A stretch of DNA of 64,000 nucleotides from contig CM060734.1 of NCBI GenBank assembly GCA_030704615.1, positions 61,070,001 through 61,134,000 of the forward strand, in the 5' to 3' direction. Below, piece after piece: positions 40,043-53,281 of the stretch. Numbering within the stretch: the stretch's first letter is position 1; each line of letters opens with the position of its first letter. The notes beneath the pieces are model-generated. The model was not told the DNA's origin, searched no databases, and saw only the letters and a list, made by a program, of their open reading frames with translations. Source of the stretch: Takakia lepidozioides (taxonomy: Eukaryota > Plantae > Bryophyta). Both the position numbers and the translations under genes were made by a program.

Positions 40043-40512
40043 GTTAGTCTGAGCCAGCTGCGGCCATTCCTTTCGAGGCACGCCATTACCTGTGCCTGCC
40101 TGTTTCTTTTCCGGATTAAGTCGAACACATTACCCACTGACACATTATATGCATGGGTTTATCCCTAACTGGGCAATATGGTGCTGGTATGTACCGAAGG
40201 TGTAATTTCATGAGACAGGTATGGCTGCAGCTGCTGGTCACAAAATCAAGGCTGGGTTTGAGTTATGGCTGCAGCTGCTGGTCACAAAATCAAGGCTGGG
40301 TTTGAGTTAGTCTGAGCCAGCTGCGGCCATTCCTTTCGAGGCACGCCATTACCTGTGCCTGCCTGTTTCTTTTCCGGATTAAGTCGAACACATTACACCA
40401 CTGCACATTATATGCATGGGTTATCCCTAACTGGGCAATATGGTGCTGGTATGTACCGAAGGTGTAATTCATGAGACAGGTATGGCTGCAGCTGCTGGTC
40501 ACAAAATCAAGG
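40043..40512 (+). repeat. Near-identical ~208-bp tandem duplication with a nested ~45-bp duplication
   Basis: 40043-40251 recurs at 40306-40512; the spacer repeats TGGCTGCAGCTGCTGGTCACAAAATCAAGGCTGGGTTTGAGTTA. Confidence 0.92.
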
Positions 40513-41731
40513 AGGGGTGTGAGGTAGAACCTGTGGAAAACAATGTTTCTAGGAAGCGTGCGTCAACCCTCAACCCTCTCTCCTCTCCTTTCTCTCCCTC
40601 TCCCAAGTCATCCAAATGGCTTGTTTGCGAGCAGGATCTTCGGCTAATTTGTAGTTTAGACAATAATTTTGGATTGTCAATTTGAAGTACAATGGGATAC
40701 CTCTTTACAATTTTACTCATGGCTGTAACGGATGTCAAATTCGGACTTTTAGCAGAGGGTATGACGAAAGAAAGGGATTGTTTTCTGGAGGGAAGAGAGT
40801 AAAGCTGCGCCCTTTCAAGTTGGCAGTTTTATCATCTTTGGATTTTTGATATCATCTACGCAGGCTTTGTTGGTTTGATGGGGGTGTTCCTGTTTTGTTT
40901 GAGTGGGCTAATGCTGGCAGCCAGCTTAGCTAGTCAGGGTAAGGGATCTGGAGTTTTTCTTGGCTCCGGCCATGTTTGTCATAGATGTGCTTCTCTTTCT
41001 ATTGGGTTGGTGTTCTTGGCGTTTGTTGCCTTCTATGTTTTCCTTTACTAGTATGTAACGACACGAAGTCTTTGGGATGCTGTTCCGTGTTCAGCTCAAG
41101 TTAACGAATCAAGAACTCCATCAGTTAATATTACTTTGGCTCTTGTCTCTCCTCTGAACAGTCATGGTAGTGTTCCCAAGCTAAACTGTACTGTGATGTT
41201 GTGAGTACCAGATTAGGAACAAGAGGTCTTGCAGAGAGCTGTCACATTGTTATGTCTGTTGCGGTCAACATCGGTAAGCACCGCATCAGTAAGCTCTTGA
41301 CGTTTTCACTCCATGATGGCAATGGGCATTGAAAACTACTTGTCTGTTGAGTTGGTGTGTTGACACTGCTGGTCAGACTTGTGCTTGTGGAAGTCAGTAG
41401 CGACCTTCAAATATTAGTAGAGCACAGTTCCTGGACCTATAATGGCCACGGGTTTTGGAAATGAATGTACCCTTTAGAAGTGGAAAAGTATCAACCATCC
41501 ATGGTAGGGAAATCATCAACTTCAATTGCACCTCTAGAATTACCATGGACTCCATTACACTAATATGGTACTTCTCATGTGCATACCTAATCATACATAG
41601 GCATTGGACCAACTTTATTACTGAGATGTGGCTTGCACCATCACCTTCTGCATGGCTCATTTGTTGTCAACAACTATCCTTGTCACCATTGTGGACTAAC
41701 CCCGAACTAGATCAAGCATGAAGCTCCTGTC

Positions 41732-43528
41732 CTATGCAAATACAACATCAGATCGGAGCACATATTTGACACCTTTCAAAACAGCCTTGGCTTCATGTAA
41801 TAGACATGAATCGCCATGTATGTGGACTAGTGCCATCCCAGCAATTGGAGCAACCTGTACAAGTAAACCATTGACGCATATGAACAGACACTAGAGTGAA
41901 ATCCTCCTCTCCTCTAACTTGCAAATTGCCCCTACCCAACTAAAATAATAAGGAGGACAGGTGAGTACAACTCGATCAAACCCCTACCTCCTCGAAATCC
42001 AATGCTGCATCACTCTCAGACACTATCACAGTAAGAAACTCAAGACTTGTTTGAGTACCTCTCAGGCCCTCGCTTCATCAACAGAAGTGGTTTCGTTGAG
42101 GTCAATACTGCTCGGCTACTGCTGGATACCTTTGGTCTTATACCACCAGTCAAATAGACAAGCAGAGTGTATTCAGTGTGATGGCCTCCGCCAAGATCAA
42201 TTCTCTCATCATAATGTGGGCCAAATCGCTGACCTTCCCCATACCTGAACCACCATCCACTCCAGACTCATATGAACATCTTGTGTGCTCTCTGTGCTCA
42301 ATCAATCACAGGATCAACCTGATTTAAAGCTCTCCTCAACGTCTGATCTCTCTCCTGATCATCCACCGCGTCTTCTTGTCTAATAATAAGACCACCCATC
42401 CAAGTCAAAAGGTGGCTATCATCAATCTCACAAATCCATCCAACCATCCACATGGAATCCAAATTTGCCCATGTCCATACAAGATCAACACCCACACTGT
42501 TTCAAACCAAGTTTGTGTTTGCAAAGATTTTCATTACCTCTAGAGGCATTGAGAGAAACCTGTAAAATCGGAAGTTCGGATTCAGACCCATGGCAGGCTT
42601 GCCTCCCACCATAATACTCTTAAAGAGTGGTTTTAGTCCTGCATTCCAGAGTTGGTCTGCAAGAACGCAGTCCCGTACAGCCAGGCGCTCATTGTCTCTG
42701 AAAGCCTCCCCTTTGGCGGGTCCCAAGCTGCCTTGGTGCTCCAACCCACGTGCTTCAGCAGCCTTGATAAACCCCTCACACTCTTCCACTGTCAAGAATT
42801 CACGTACCTACAAAGGCCGTGGGCATTCCTACAAACTTCAGCTACCATTCCAATCACACTTACAGCATAGGTGTAACTAAGGAAAAGAGGGCAATGAGGC
42901 CCTGCTCTACTTGAAAAGTCGAGAAACAATGCTCATATCAGTACACAGACTGTGTCAATTCGCACTGGAAGCTACTGAAACGGTCAACACAATGACCAAT
43001 CACTGCTCCTTGGCTTGGGAGTAATTGCTCAGACTCTGTTTCTGTCCGGGTAGAAGATGTCGCACTCTCAGCTAATACAAACGTTTGGAGATTCAGCACA
43101 GAGGTATAGAGCAACTTGCAGACAATTCATCAAATTATGACATTTTCACATCCAATATCCGCGCGTCGGGTACTACAGTAACCCTCACGAAACTTTCTTG
43201 CAATGTCCATTGCCCCGACCCTAATCAGGAGATGAGACGGAAACATTGCGATGCAAATCGACATGCAGACCAAGACGAGCAGGTACATAGTGACCATCAA
43301 TTCAACGCGCAGACGAATCGATTAAATAAAATTCTGAATATTCGCACTATCCACATGTTATTGTCTCTTCTTCATCAAGCTCCTCTACCTTCTCCCCAAC
43401 TACTGTAGGAAGCATGCGCATACCGTTAAAATGTTTTTAGAGTACAGAAGATCAGGGCACAGTGAGAGCTTCTTGGCGACGCAGGGCCATGGCAAGACCC
43501 GTTGGTTCTTCCCGCGCGCCGGCGGCAT
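41732..43528 (-). CDS. 2-oxoglutarate/Fe(II)-dependent oxygenase (P4H-like), possibly damaged in exon 3
   Basis: Exons 43528-43424, 42807-42560, 42244-~42060, 41854-41732. GLNPNFRFYRY, FGPHYDE (HxD), LHEA...KYVLRSDV. The usual GGETxF strand is not found and the exon-3 frame does not join exon 4 cleanly. Confidence 0.75.
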
Positions 43529-43845
43529 AGCTGCCCGCCTGCAGCATCACCCGCTCTCGCGTGCCTGTGAGCTGCAGACCGCAAGGTCACCTGCACGACG
43601 AGAGAGACGACGATTGGATGAACGTTCTTGGCATGGGATGTGGATGACAAGACGATGTAGATGGATGAGATATTGGCCCTAGCACAATATCTAACGGTTT
43701 GAATGTGGCCACGTGTTTCATCTGACGGCAAGCAGAAAGCGAGAGGGCGGCTCGCTCGCACTTTTGTGTTCCTCGCTCGCTCTTTCTCTTTCTCTTTGAA
43801 TTCTCCTTGTCTGGATTCTCGAGTGCGGCGTCTTGTTGAGAAGCG

Positions 43846-45407
43846 ATGGCCGCCGTGGCGCACAGCGAGCTTGCCTGCACTTACGCTGCTCTGATTTTAC
43901 ATGATGACGGCATTCCCATCACTGTATCCCGCTATGCAATACTAGGGCTCTGGATTATGGGATTGATGAAAGGGTTTGGAGGGATGGATTTGGTATTTTG
44001 TGTCAGGAAGAGGCAGAGAGGGTTTTGATCGACACCGGGGGTTTCTCACTTGAAGGGATAGGTTCGTTTTTCAGGCTGGCAGTGGAGAGGGGTTTAGTTT
44101 TCGGTGGGAAAGTCGAGCATTGCTTGGAGTGGTTTTAGGGTTGACTGTGTACGTGGTGTTTGGTAGCGGATCAGAGTTTTTCCTTAACAGGTGGTGCAGG
44201 CCGACAAGATTGCAACGCTAGTGAAGGCCGCCAATGTGCAAGTGGAGTCTTACTGGCCCGCTCTGTTCGCCAAGCTATTGGAGAAGAGAAGTGTTGATGA
44301 CCTCATCACCAATGTTGGATCAGGTAAGTGATAGAGCTAAGGTGTAGAAGTCGTAGCCTACACGAGATGGTAGCTTCTTGCGGGCTAGAGGAGAGGGTTA
44401 TTCCATATGTGTTGACGGCAACGCCGTGATATTCAGAGGCGCGTCTTGAAGTTGGTTAGCATGCAGTCACTTCGGTTGTAGAGTCTAATGGGTAGGAATA
44501 TGAGGATGGAGACGGAAGTGAGGTGACAGAAACTGCAAGCGAATAACTAGCATACCTCATTCTGTTACCTAGAGAACCTCCGCACCTTCAGTGAAAGGGT
44601 TCAGTGTATTCGGCTCAAAACTGTCGTGAACTTGTCGACATATGAAGCTCATATGTGGAAGCTGTCACATGTATCACTGGCAGGAGGTGGCGGCGCTGTG
44701 GCTGTGAGCAGTGCACCCGCTGCTGGAGGTGGGGCTGCAGTAGAAGCTGCCTCCAAGGAGGAAGAGAAAAAGGTATTTTCCTCACCTGAGGTTGCCCAAA
44801 TTCTGAGCTCCATGGGGCACTTGGTTACGAGTTAGGGGTCAGATGAAGTCCAGATGAATGTCTATGGTTAATTAATCGAGCTCTGCAGCAGCCCTCTGAT
44901 TCTCCCTTGCTTGTAGACTGAAATCCTAGGGCGAAGGGTATTTGTGACACCTGTTTTAAAAGTGATTTGTAAGCAGGCTCGTCACATTCTATCCATTGCA
45001 CCATTTCATGCGATGATGCTTACCAGCTCAAAAACTAGTAGAATGTACGAAGTTCTAATGTAGTAGTCTTAGTTCTTGCACACATATGTTGTCCGTTGTC
45101 AGTGGCCTTTGATGTTTGGTTACCTCGCAATTTTCTGAGTTTACCTATGCTCTCATATTGTTATAATCTTCTGTCAGTCATGGCTGAGATGGGTGCATTA
45201 TCGGAACTTGCTGTTAGAGCCTGTAGTCCCCATTGTTATTCAATGTGCATGGGACTTTTAAGTATGTGATATGGTGATGAAACCTTTCTGGCTATGAGCT
45301 TGAAGGCAAGTGTATTATGGGAAGAGCTAACTTGTGCATTGTCTTTCGTGCAGGAGGAGGTTAAGGAAGAAAGTGATGATGACATGGGCTTCAGCTTGTT
45401 TGATTAG
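43846..45407 (+). CDS. RPP1: 60S acidic ribosomal protein P1
   Basis: Exons 43846-43923, 44200-44323, 44684-44772, 45354-45407; [37 protein letters not shown]. Confidence 0.96.
43924..44199 (+). other. U12-like GT-AG intron in RPP1
   Basis: 5' GTATCCCG and a perfect TTTTTCCTTAAC branch site 11 nt before the used AG. Confidence 0.8.
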
Positions 45408-48400
45408 ATCAGTACTTCAAAAGGATGCAGGACTCCTGCTCTAGACAATGATTAGAGCTTCTGCTGTTGAGGTCAGACACTGTTATTGTTTGTAGTATTG
45501 GGTTTAATTGCCCTGCATGGGGGTGTGCTAGTAGGCTGTCAATGCAGCTTTTGAGTTGGTCAAGTCCAGATCGTTTGCATACTCGTCCATTTTGGTTGAC
45601 TTATAATTGCGGAAGCATACCTTGAGGTTTTTGTATCTCAGCATCTGTGCAATGTCATGATCAGTTATCTTCGAATCCCTATTCACTCATGAGTTTTAAC
45701 AACCTTGTTGAGGCCACATTGTCTAGAGGCAGTATTGATAATCAAATCACTCAAATGTAATATGATGCTGATCAAACAATTCAGGAGGCAGAGTTGGTAC
45801 TCATTGCAGCTGGTTGTGCACCTCATTTGAGCCTTGGAAGTTGTCTTTACTGTACTTGCACTTAGCATATTGTCTTGACAGGTTTGCTACTGGAGTCCCA
45901 CATTAGAGTTTAGTTTCTGGGAATACTGGAAAATCTCTTTCGGTCAGTAGAGTGCGATACTAAATTGCCCAAAGCATCTCATGATGAAAAGGTTTTTTCT
46001 TTTTCTCCATTCTATGATAAGGACTGGCCCTAGGTGAGAGTCAAGAAATTGAGAGAGGGAAAAAATGGCCTTTCACCAGCCATCAGGCAGAGTAACAGAG
46101 GGGACTGTACCTTCCCAAAATAAGCCACTCGGAGAGGATGCAAAAAACAGAGATCCACTAAGAAGAATTAGAGCAACCTTCAGAGCTTGAGGCTATTTTC
46201 TTCTCTGGAGTAAAATGTGATTTAATTTTCTTCCTTTTTTTAATTCTTCTTAATTTATCTGGGGGAATTGGATTTCCCTTCAATAATTCGAATAAAGTTA
46301 ATATGGGCTTCCTCACTTTGACCTAAATAAAAAAATAAATAAATAAAAACAATGTGATTTAAAGAAATAAGAGAAAGAAATTTTCCACAAGGATTTCCTC
46401 TTCCTTTACAAGATTGCCACTAGTGTCTCTTTTAAAAAACAAGAGAAAAAATGCTGGTGCATGTGATAATTTCATTAGCAAGACTTTTCATTTGCATGCC
46501 ATACAATGGTTTGAACATCCCAGACGAAGATCCAAGCATTAGTGGTTTAATCACATGACATTGATGCTCAAGGCGACCATTGTCAACCACATCTACATGA
46601 GTCGACCCTCTTTAAACGTTATGCATGAAGAATATAGAAAATATAACATTTACACATACATAACAACTAACCATAAAAGAGGACGCAACTTATTTCAGAC
46701 CATAACAATTATAAATATCACACTTAATGAGGTCAACTACAGGGGAAACAACATTTATTCATTAATTTGTTGCATTTCTGAGTTTGTTCCTCGCGGTGTG
46801 TTTAATTCATGACTCTTTGGGGCTTTTTTTTTTTCCCCTTTAATAAAATTAGTGAGGACTACTTCCCCGCTTTAAATAAAATGAAATAAAATCCATTCGT
46901 CAAGAATTGGATGGCCTGGTAGTATAGCTACTTTTGAATTGACACTGAAAACAATAGATTTGTGAATTGAGGTTGTTGGATAGTATGTAGATCGGCTTCA
47001 ACTTATAGTGCATACCATACGATTGAGAGCACTAAGAGTTGAGATGAGAGAAACCACATTTGTGTTTGCACCTCTCTATTTGAGTTTGATAGACCAAATT
47101 TATGGTCAACTTTTGTTGATGGACATACCTATGAAATGAAGTACTAATTCACACCATCTAATTAGAGGTGCATAATGACATATAACAACTAAAGAGGGTG
47201 CTTTAACAACGAAGAGAGTAGGATTTTCCTTACACTTATCATATAACACTCTTTCACTCTTTTCTAGTGGAAAATTCTGAAGTCTAGAACAAATGTAACA
47301 ATGAAAGAGATATAACATGTAAGAAGGTAGAGGCGACTGTACTTGTCTCCTTTATATAGTCTCCTTGGGCACAAACAGATGGGACAAAACCAAACAAATG
47401 AATATCCCCTCATAAGATTTGAAGACTACGTAGACCAAGACCAAGACCAACTCAAAGATGCAATGATCCTATCGGTCGAGGGCATTTTCTTTGTCATATT
47501 GTTTCACATTACAAACCAAGACCATGAAAGTTATGAATAACATGGCATTTTGGTTGTGGCGTTGATTATGGCGGAAGATTGTTGGTCCAATTATTGAAAC
47601 TGGACCAGGAATGCAAACATTCAAATGTAGTTTCTTCAATTGTCGTGACCATAAGTTAGAATCAATCGTGAATGTCGCTTTTGAAAGCCAAGGCCTTAAA
47701 CACAAGTCCAACTTTGGTCCTACAATATTAATAATTAAATAATCATATGGGGACTAAGATATGTACTAATTTGTTTCAATTGGTCCATATGTTTTTTGGT
47801 CTTGGTCCATAGTCTAAAGTGGGCCTTAAACACACCATGAAGTCATTAACATTAACCCCATCCAACATTGTGGGAACATTTGACTGGGGTCATACTTATC
47901 ATTTGACCACACTTCTAGCTGACGTTGAGAATGCGAATGGGTTATGCGATGTGAGTGCCTTGAAAAGTGGACGTCACTAGCAGCTTGTGTAGGGGTGGAT
48001 CTTTTGTTGGTGCATTATAGCTTGAGATGACTGGAACGTGTATGTTTGCTTTCCAGACTGATTGTAATTTGACCCCATTGATGGAGTAGTACTATGACTT
48101 ATATTTCTGTTTCCAAACATATTACCCCTATAACCGTGTATTGTGCTCTCCCAGCCTTTTTTTCTGCTGGCATACGGCACCTGGTACTAATGCCTACCTA
48201 ATTCAACGCTACACGTGAACTTGAAAGTTCAGTAGAGCCTTTGAAGGAGAAATAATTAAGAGGCCTGATTGGTGAGTGGTATTCACTTCCGTGTTTTTTT
48301 TTTCTTACAAATTAACAAAAAGCCTTCAGGGCCTCTACAGTGGTTATTTTTTCCACTGGCATTGACATTTATTCTTGATTAATTTGATTAAAAGGGTCTC

Positions 48401-48813
48401 CGTCCCCTTTCCTTTCAAGGAAAAAAAAAACAATAGGAATAATGTAAAACTTAATACAAGCCTGCCATTGGCTTGCCGGTTGTGTGGGCTCCTCTGACAA
48501 ACCCAGTGTCAAATCTTCCCCACACCCTCTTATAGTCTGCACTGGATAAACTTAAGAAAATTTTACTCCCCTACACTAGCAAATGGTAAGTGTTATTTTT
48601 TAACAAATGCTTACTTCCCTCTTCATTGATTCCCCCCTAATAAATGTTAAGTGCACCATAAAGGCAACGGCATATGCTCTAGCTAGCCTCAGATAAGCTC
48701 CATAAGTTAGCTCTAGCTAGGTTAAGATACAATTACACTCTGCAACATAACCAAGCATAGGATTAAAAGGTAATCATAAGGTAATATTTATGTAATTAGA
48801 AGCTAATACAATA

Positions 48814-51800
48814 GCCAAGCATTAGATGGGCCCTGGAGTTGAATGCGAGGGAGCCGGTTCAGCCAGTGTGGACCCCCCGCCACCCCACGCCCACCCCCGC
48901 TTCCATCGCCCGCACACCGCGCGGCACCCCCTCCTGCGCCTCATGTTCCCGCTGCCAGGACATGAGACGTGCCCTCTCCCGTATCCCCATCCCTCCTCCC
49001 GTCCTGCCCTCATGCATGGCATCGCCCTCCATCCCCCATGCATGCCTTCATCCTCGCCATGCTACATGGTATCCCAATGCCCTCTTTCAAAAATCGTGTC
49101 AAACTGGTTGCTTAGCTCCTCCTGCTCGTTTTCACCACTCCAAAATCTCCACACTGTAGACATAAGCTGGTTTAGCATCTGTGTACATTTGGACATGTTC
49201 GTATGTCCTCATTGTGGAGAGTCCAATGGAGCCCAAAGCGAGCAGAATGAATGTTGTTGAAAGCTCACCAGCACGCCTTCGTAAAGGAACTTGCCAAAAT
49301 GTTGATGTTGCGGATTTTCGGGCACAAAAGTCTACCTTGGAGCACGGAGCGAAGCTGGCATGAGTTCTTCAAAGATCCTTCACGATGGCGGGACAACCGT
49401 AATCGCAAGGTGTGGCTATCTCTTAATGTATGAGGTGAAGAAGTTTGGTTGAACGAAATGTGGTGTCATGGAACGTGATGATCGCAAGATATGCACAACA
49501 CGGGTGTGGGATGGAGGCTTTGGAGACCTACGAGCAAATGATGCGCGGAGGGGTGAAGCCCAACCATATCACGTTTTTTTGCGTTTGCATGCGCGAGCCC
49601 GGAAGCCGTGGAAAATGACAAAGAGGTCCATGGTGATATCGTCAAAGCTGGAATAGTACCAGACGTCATTCTGAACACTGCCCTGGTGGACATGTATCCC
49701 AAATGTGGGAGCATTGAAGATGCACAGGGGTTGTTCGACAATATGGCTGAACAAATTGTGGTGTCATGGAACGCGATGATTGCATGATATGCACAACAAA
49801 GACGCGGGATGGAGGGAAGCCCCAACCATATCACATTTGTTTGTGTTTGTAATGCATGTGCAAGCCTGGCAGCCTTGGAAAAGGGCAAAGAGGTCCATGG
49901 TGACATCGTCAGAGCTGATATTGTACCAAATGTCACTCTAAACAATGCCCTCGTGGACATGCATGCCAAATGTGGGAGCATGGAGGATACAAAGGGAGTG
50001 TTCAACAATATGGCCTAACAAGATGTGGCGTCCTGGAATGCTATGATTGCAGGATATGCCCAACATGGTCGTCATAGGGAAGCCCTGCAACTATTTGAAG
50101 GAATGCAAACAGAAGGCTTGAAGCCGGACAGTATCACCTTTATATGTGTTCTCTCTGCATGAAGCCACACTGGCCTACTGGATGAAGGAAGACGTCACTT
50201 TGATTCCCTGAGTCAAGATCATGGTGTCTCTCCGACAGTAAAGCACTTTGGCTGCATGGTGGATCTTCTTGGACACATGGGGCAATTGGATGAGGCAGAG
50301 GAGCTCATTAACAAAATGCCAAAGAAACCAAATGCTATGGTTTGGAGGGCCTTGCTTGGTGCTTACAGAATCCATGGCAATGTGGAGATGGCTGAACGTG
50401 CTGCAACATCTATTCTCAAGTGGGATGAACAAGATGCCGCGACTTATGTGTTGCTATCAGCAACATCAGTGGCACAATTGATAAAATCAGGCACTGCTAA
50501 TATATTTCACCCTGTTTTTCCCTCTTATCGAAATCGGCCTTAAGTTTTCATGTTGATTTCTGCAAGTTACTGGTTGAGTGAACCTTTGATAGTTTGCAAT
50601 GTGTGTGCAAGCTTGGCAGCTCTGGAGAAGGGCAAAGAGCTCCATGGCGACATTGTCAGAACTGCAATTGTACCACATGTCATTCTGAACAATACCCTCG
50701 TGGACATGTATGAAGGGAGACTTGTTCGACAATATGGTTGAACGAGATGTGGTGTCGTGGAACGCGATGCTTGCAGGGTATGCTTGCAGGGGCGCTGGAT
50801 GGAGGCTTTGGAGACCTATGAGCAAATGATCGGGGAAGGGGTGAAGCCTGACCACATTTAACGTTTGTGTACGTTTGCAGTGCGTGTGCAAGCCTGACAG
50901 CCCTAGAGAAGGGCAAGGAGATGCATGGTTCCATCGCTAAAGATGGAATTGTACCAGATGTGATTCTGAGCAATACCCGCGTGGACATGTATGCCAAATG
51001 TGCCAATGTGACAATAGGAAAGTATCCAGAAACAGGTAACAGAGATGATGAGAAGCTGTGGAGTGAATATTTTTCTGACCCCAGTGCTTGTGGTGTGCTT
51101 GTGCAAGCCTGGCAGGCCTGGAAAATGGCAAAGAGGTCCATGGTGACATCATCAAAGCCGGAATTATACCAGATTTCATTCTGGACATTGCCCTGGTGGA
51201 CATGTATGCCAAATGTCAGCATTGAGGATGCGAAAGGGAGTATCTGACAATATGGCTAAACGAGGTATGCTGTCATGGAGGGCAATGATCGTAGGATATG
51301 CCCAGCATGGTTGTCATAGGGAGGTCCTGCAACTATTCTCTATGTTTCTCTCTACATGCAACCATGCTGGCCTACTGGATGAAGGAAGATGCTACTTCGA
51401 TTCCCTGAGTCCAAATCACGGTGTGACTCCGACGGTAAGGCACTTTGGCTGCATGGTGGACCTTCTTGGGCGTGCGGGCAATTGGATGAAGCAGAGGACC
51501 TCAATACTAAAATGCCAATGGAACCAGATGTTGTGGTGTGGATGGCCTTGCTTGGTGCCTGCAGAAGCCATGGCAATGTGGAGATGGCTGAACTTGCGGC
51601 AACATCTATTCTAAGTGGATGGCCAAGATGCTGTGACTTATGTGTTGCTATCAAACATCTATGCTGCAGCTGGCAGGTGGAGGCAGGGTATGTGCCTTAC
51701 ACACTTTACGTGGAGCAAAATGAATTTTCTCTTTGTCACCACAGTGAGAAGCTGGCCATTGGTTTTGGGCTCATCAGCACGACCCCTAGGACACCTCTCC

Positions 51801-51949
51801 GTCTCATCAACAATCTTTGGGTGTGTGGTGATTGCCACACCTCCACCAAATTCAGCTCAAAGATTTTTGGCCGAGCAATTGTTGTACGGGAAGCTAACCG
51901 CTTTCATCACTTTGAAGATGGGGTATGTTCTTGTGGGGATTACTGGTGA
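48814..51949 (+). pseudogene. PLS-PPR-E-DYW pseudogene mosaic with OSB-type PDF motif halves
   Basis: [51 protein letters not shown]; WHEFFKDPSRWRDNRNRK (49356-49409), KLWSEYFSDPS (~51053-51085). Many stops, frameshifts and deletions. Confidence 0.9.
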
Positions 51950-53281
51950 AAAGTTGTTATTGTGGAAAGGTGCATCCTGTGTACATTCCCCCGTTTCTTA
52001 TTTGACCACAATGACATTCGTGCCAACAGTTGAAATCCTACTGTTTCCATGACGTATCATGCTTCTATATGGTTCGTTCTCAACGCTTTGGAAATTTTAT
52101 GAATGCAACAGAGTGGATATCCATATTTCTTTCAAAGTGGGTATCCAACTTCCATCTCAAACCTTGCATGCATGCTTTCCTTCCATTTGGGATGGGAATG
52201 GTATTACGCTTTTATGGTTTCATGATACCATTCATGACTAATGGAATCATTCCCTTGTACAGGCACTATATGCACATATGCACTCATACTTTCTGCATGT
52301 GCTTTCATTCATAGTATGATAACTTCTAACCTTCATCCATGACGGTTCATTCATCCCAAAGATACAGTGGCTCTCCAACTTGCATGTAAAAGCAATCATG
52401 CATGCATCCATCCCATGATTTTATCATATGACAATCGCAGGCCCTAGAGCAGCAGTCCAAGCCATGAGCAGCCCCACGTATATTGTTCTTAAGCATCTTC
52501 GCATCCTTATGTCACATGACCCTGTAGGGAAATTCTGGCACTTGCAACTAATTGGACATATGTAAGCACACATGAAGTTGCATTGACTCCACTTGGGTTG
52601 CAAATGCACTTGGAAATGGTAGGGTGAGTGCGTTCCAGAAATGAGGGGCCCTGTGAGAGACGCAAGCCGAGTGTCAAGTGAAGATGTCATTGACCATATT
52701 AAGGAAAAATTCTCTTCGGTAACCACTTAGCCTTAAATAATTCTATAATTAGCATATTGTCGATCGAGTGGGTGCTTTCAAAGTGACAAGAATCTCAACA
52801 AGTTTGTCGTAGCTCCTCCATAAGGGGAGGCAAGAGAAAGTTTTTCATCTTCAGATAGAGCACAAGGAAGATGATAACGAATAGATGATTTGGCATTAGA
52901 GCACTGAGGGAGCTACACTAGCAAACATTATTTTGAAGTAATCCACAACAACTAAGTTAGATATTGTTCTCGAATTGGAGGATACAATTGCATAAGTGGT
53001 TCTCTCAGGTAGTGACAAAGACATAGCATGCATATCATGAACACAAACATGATATCTCAGTGGAAGCGAGGAAAACCAAACATGCTACCTTTTCGTCAGA
53101 TAATTCAGTTGAAAACCTTTTCGATGTACATTGCGTGGAGAACTTATGGGTTTGATGTGAGCTTCTGCGTCTGGGCGTCCGATTTCCGTTAGGGAATATT
53201 CAGCGCATCAGGTTTGCAAATTGTCTCCTTTCGTATGGATTGGAGGAGGAAGTGAAAAGTCTGGGAATCTAGGGGTTGGAT

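Noticed and set aside
45900-48800. AT-rich interval with short repeated motifs, possible MITE remnants
   Set aside because: No convincing TIR pair, TSD or coding signal.
51389-51949. Functional stand-alone DYW deaminase
   Set aside because: HSE and CxxC are intact, but the PG box and gating region are deleted and upstream frames are broken.
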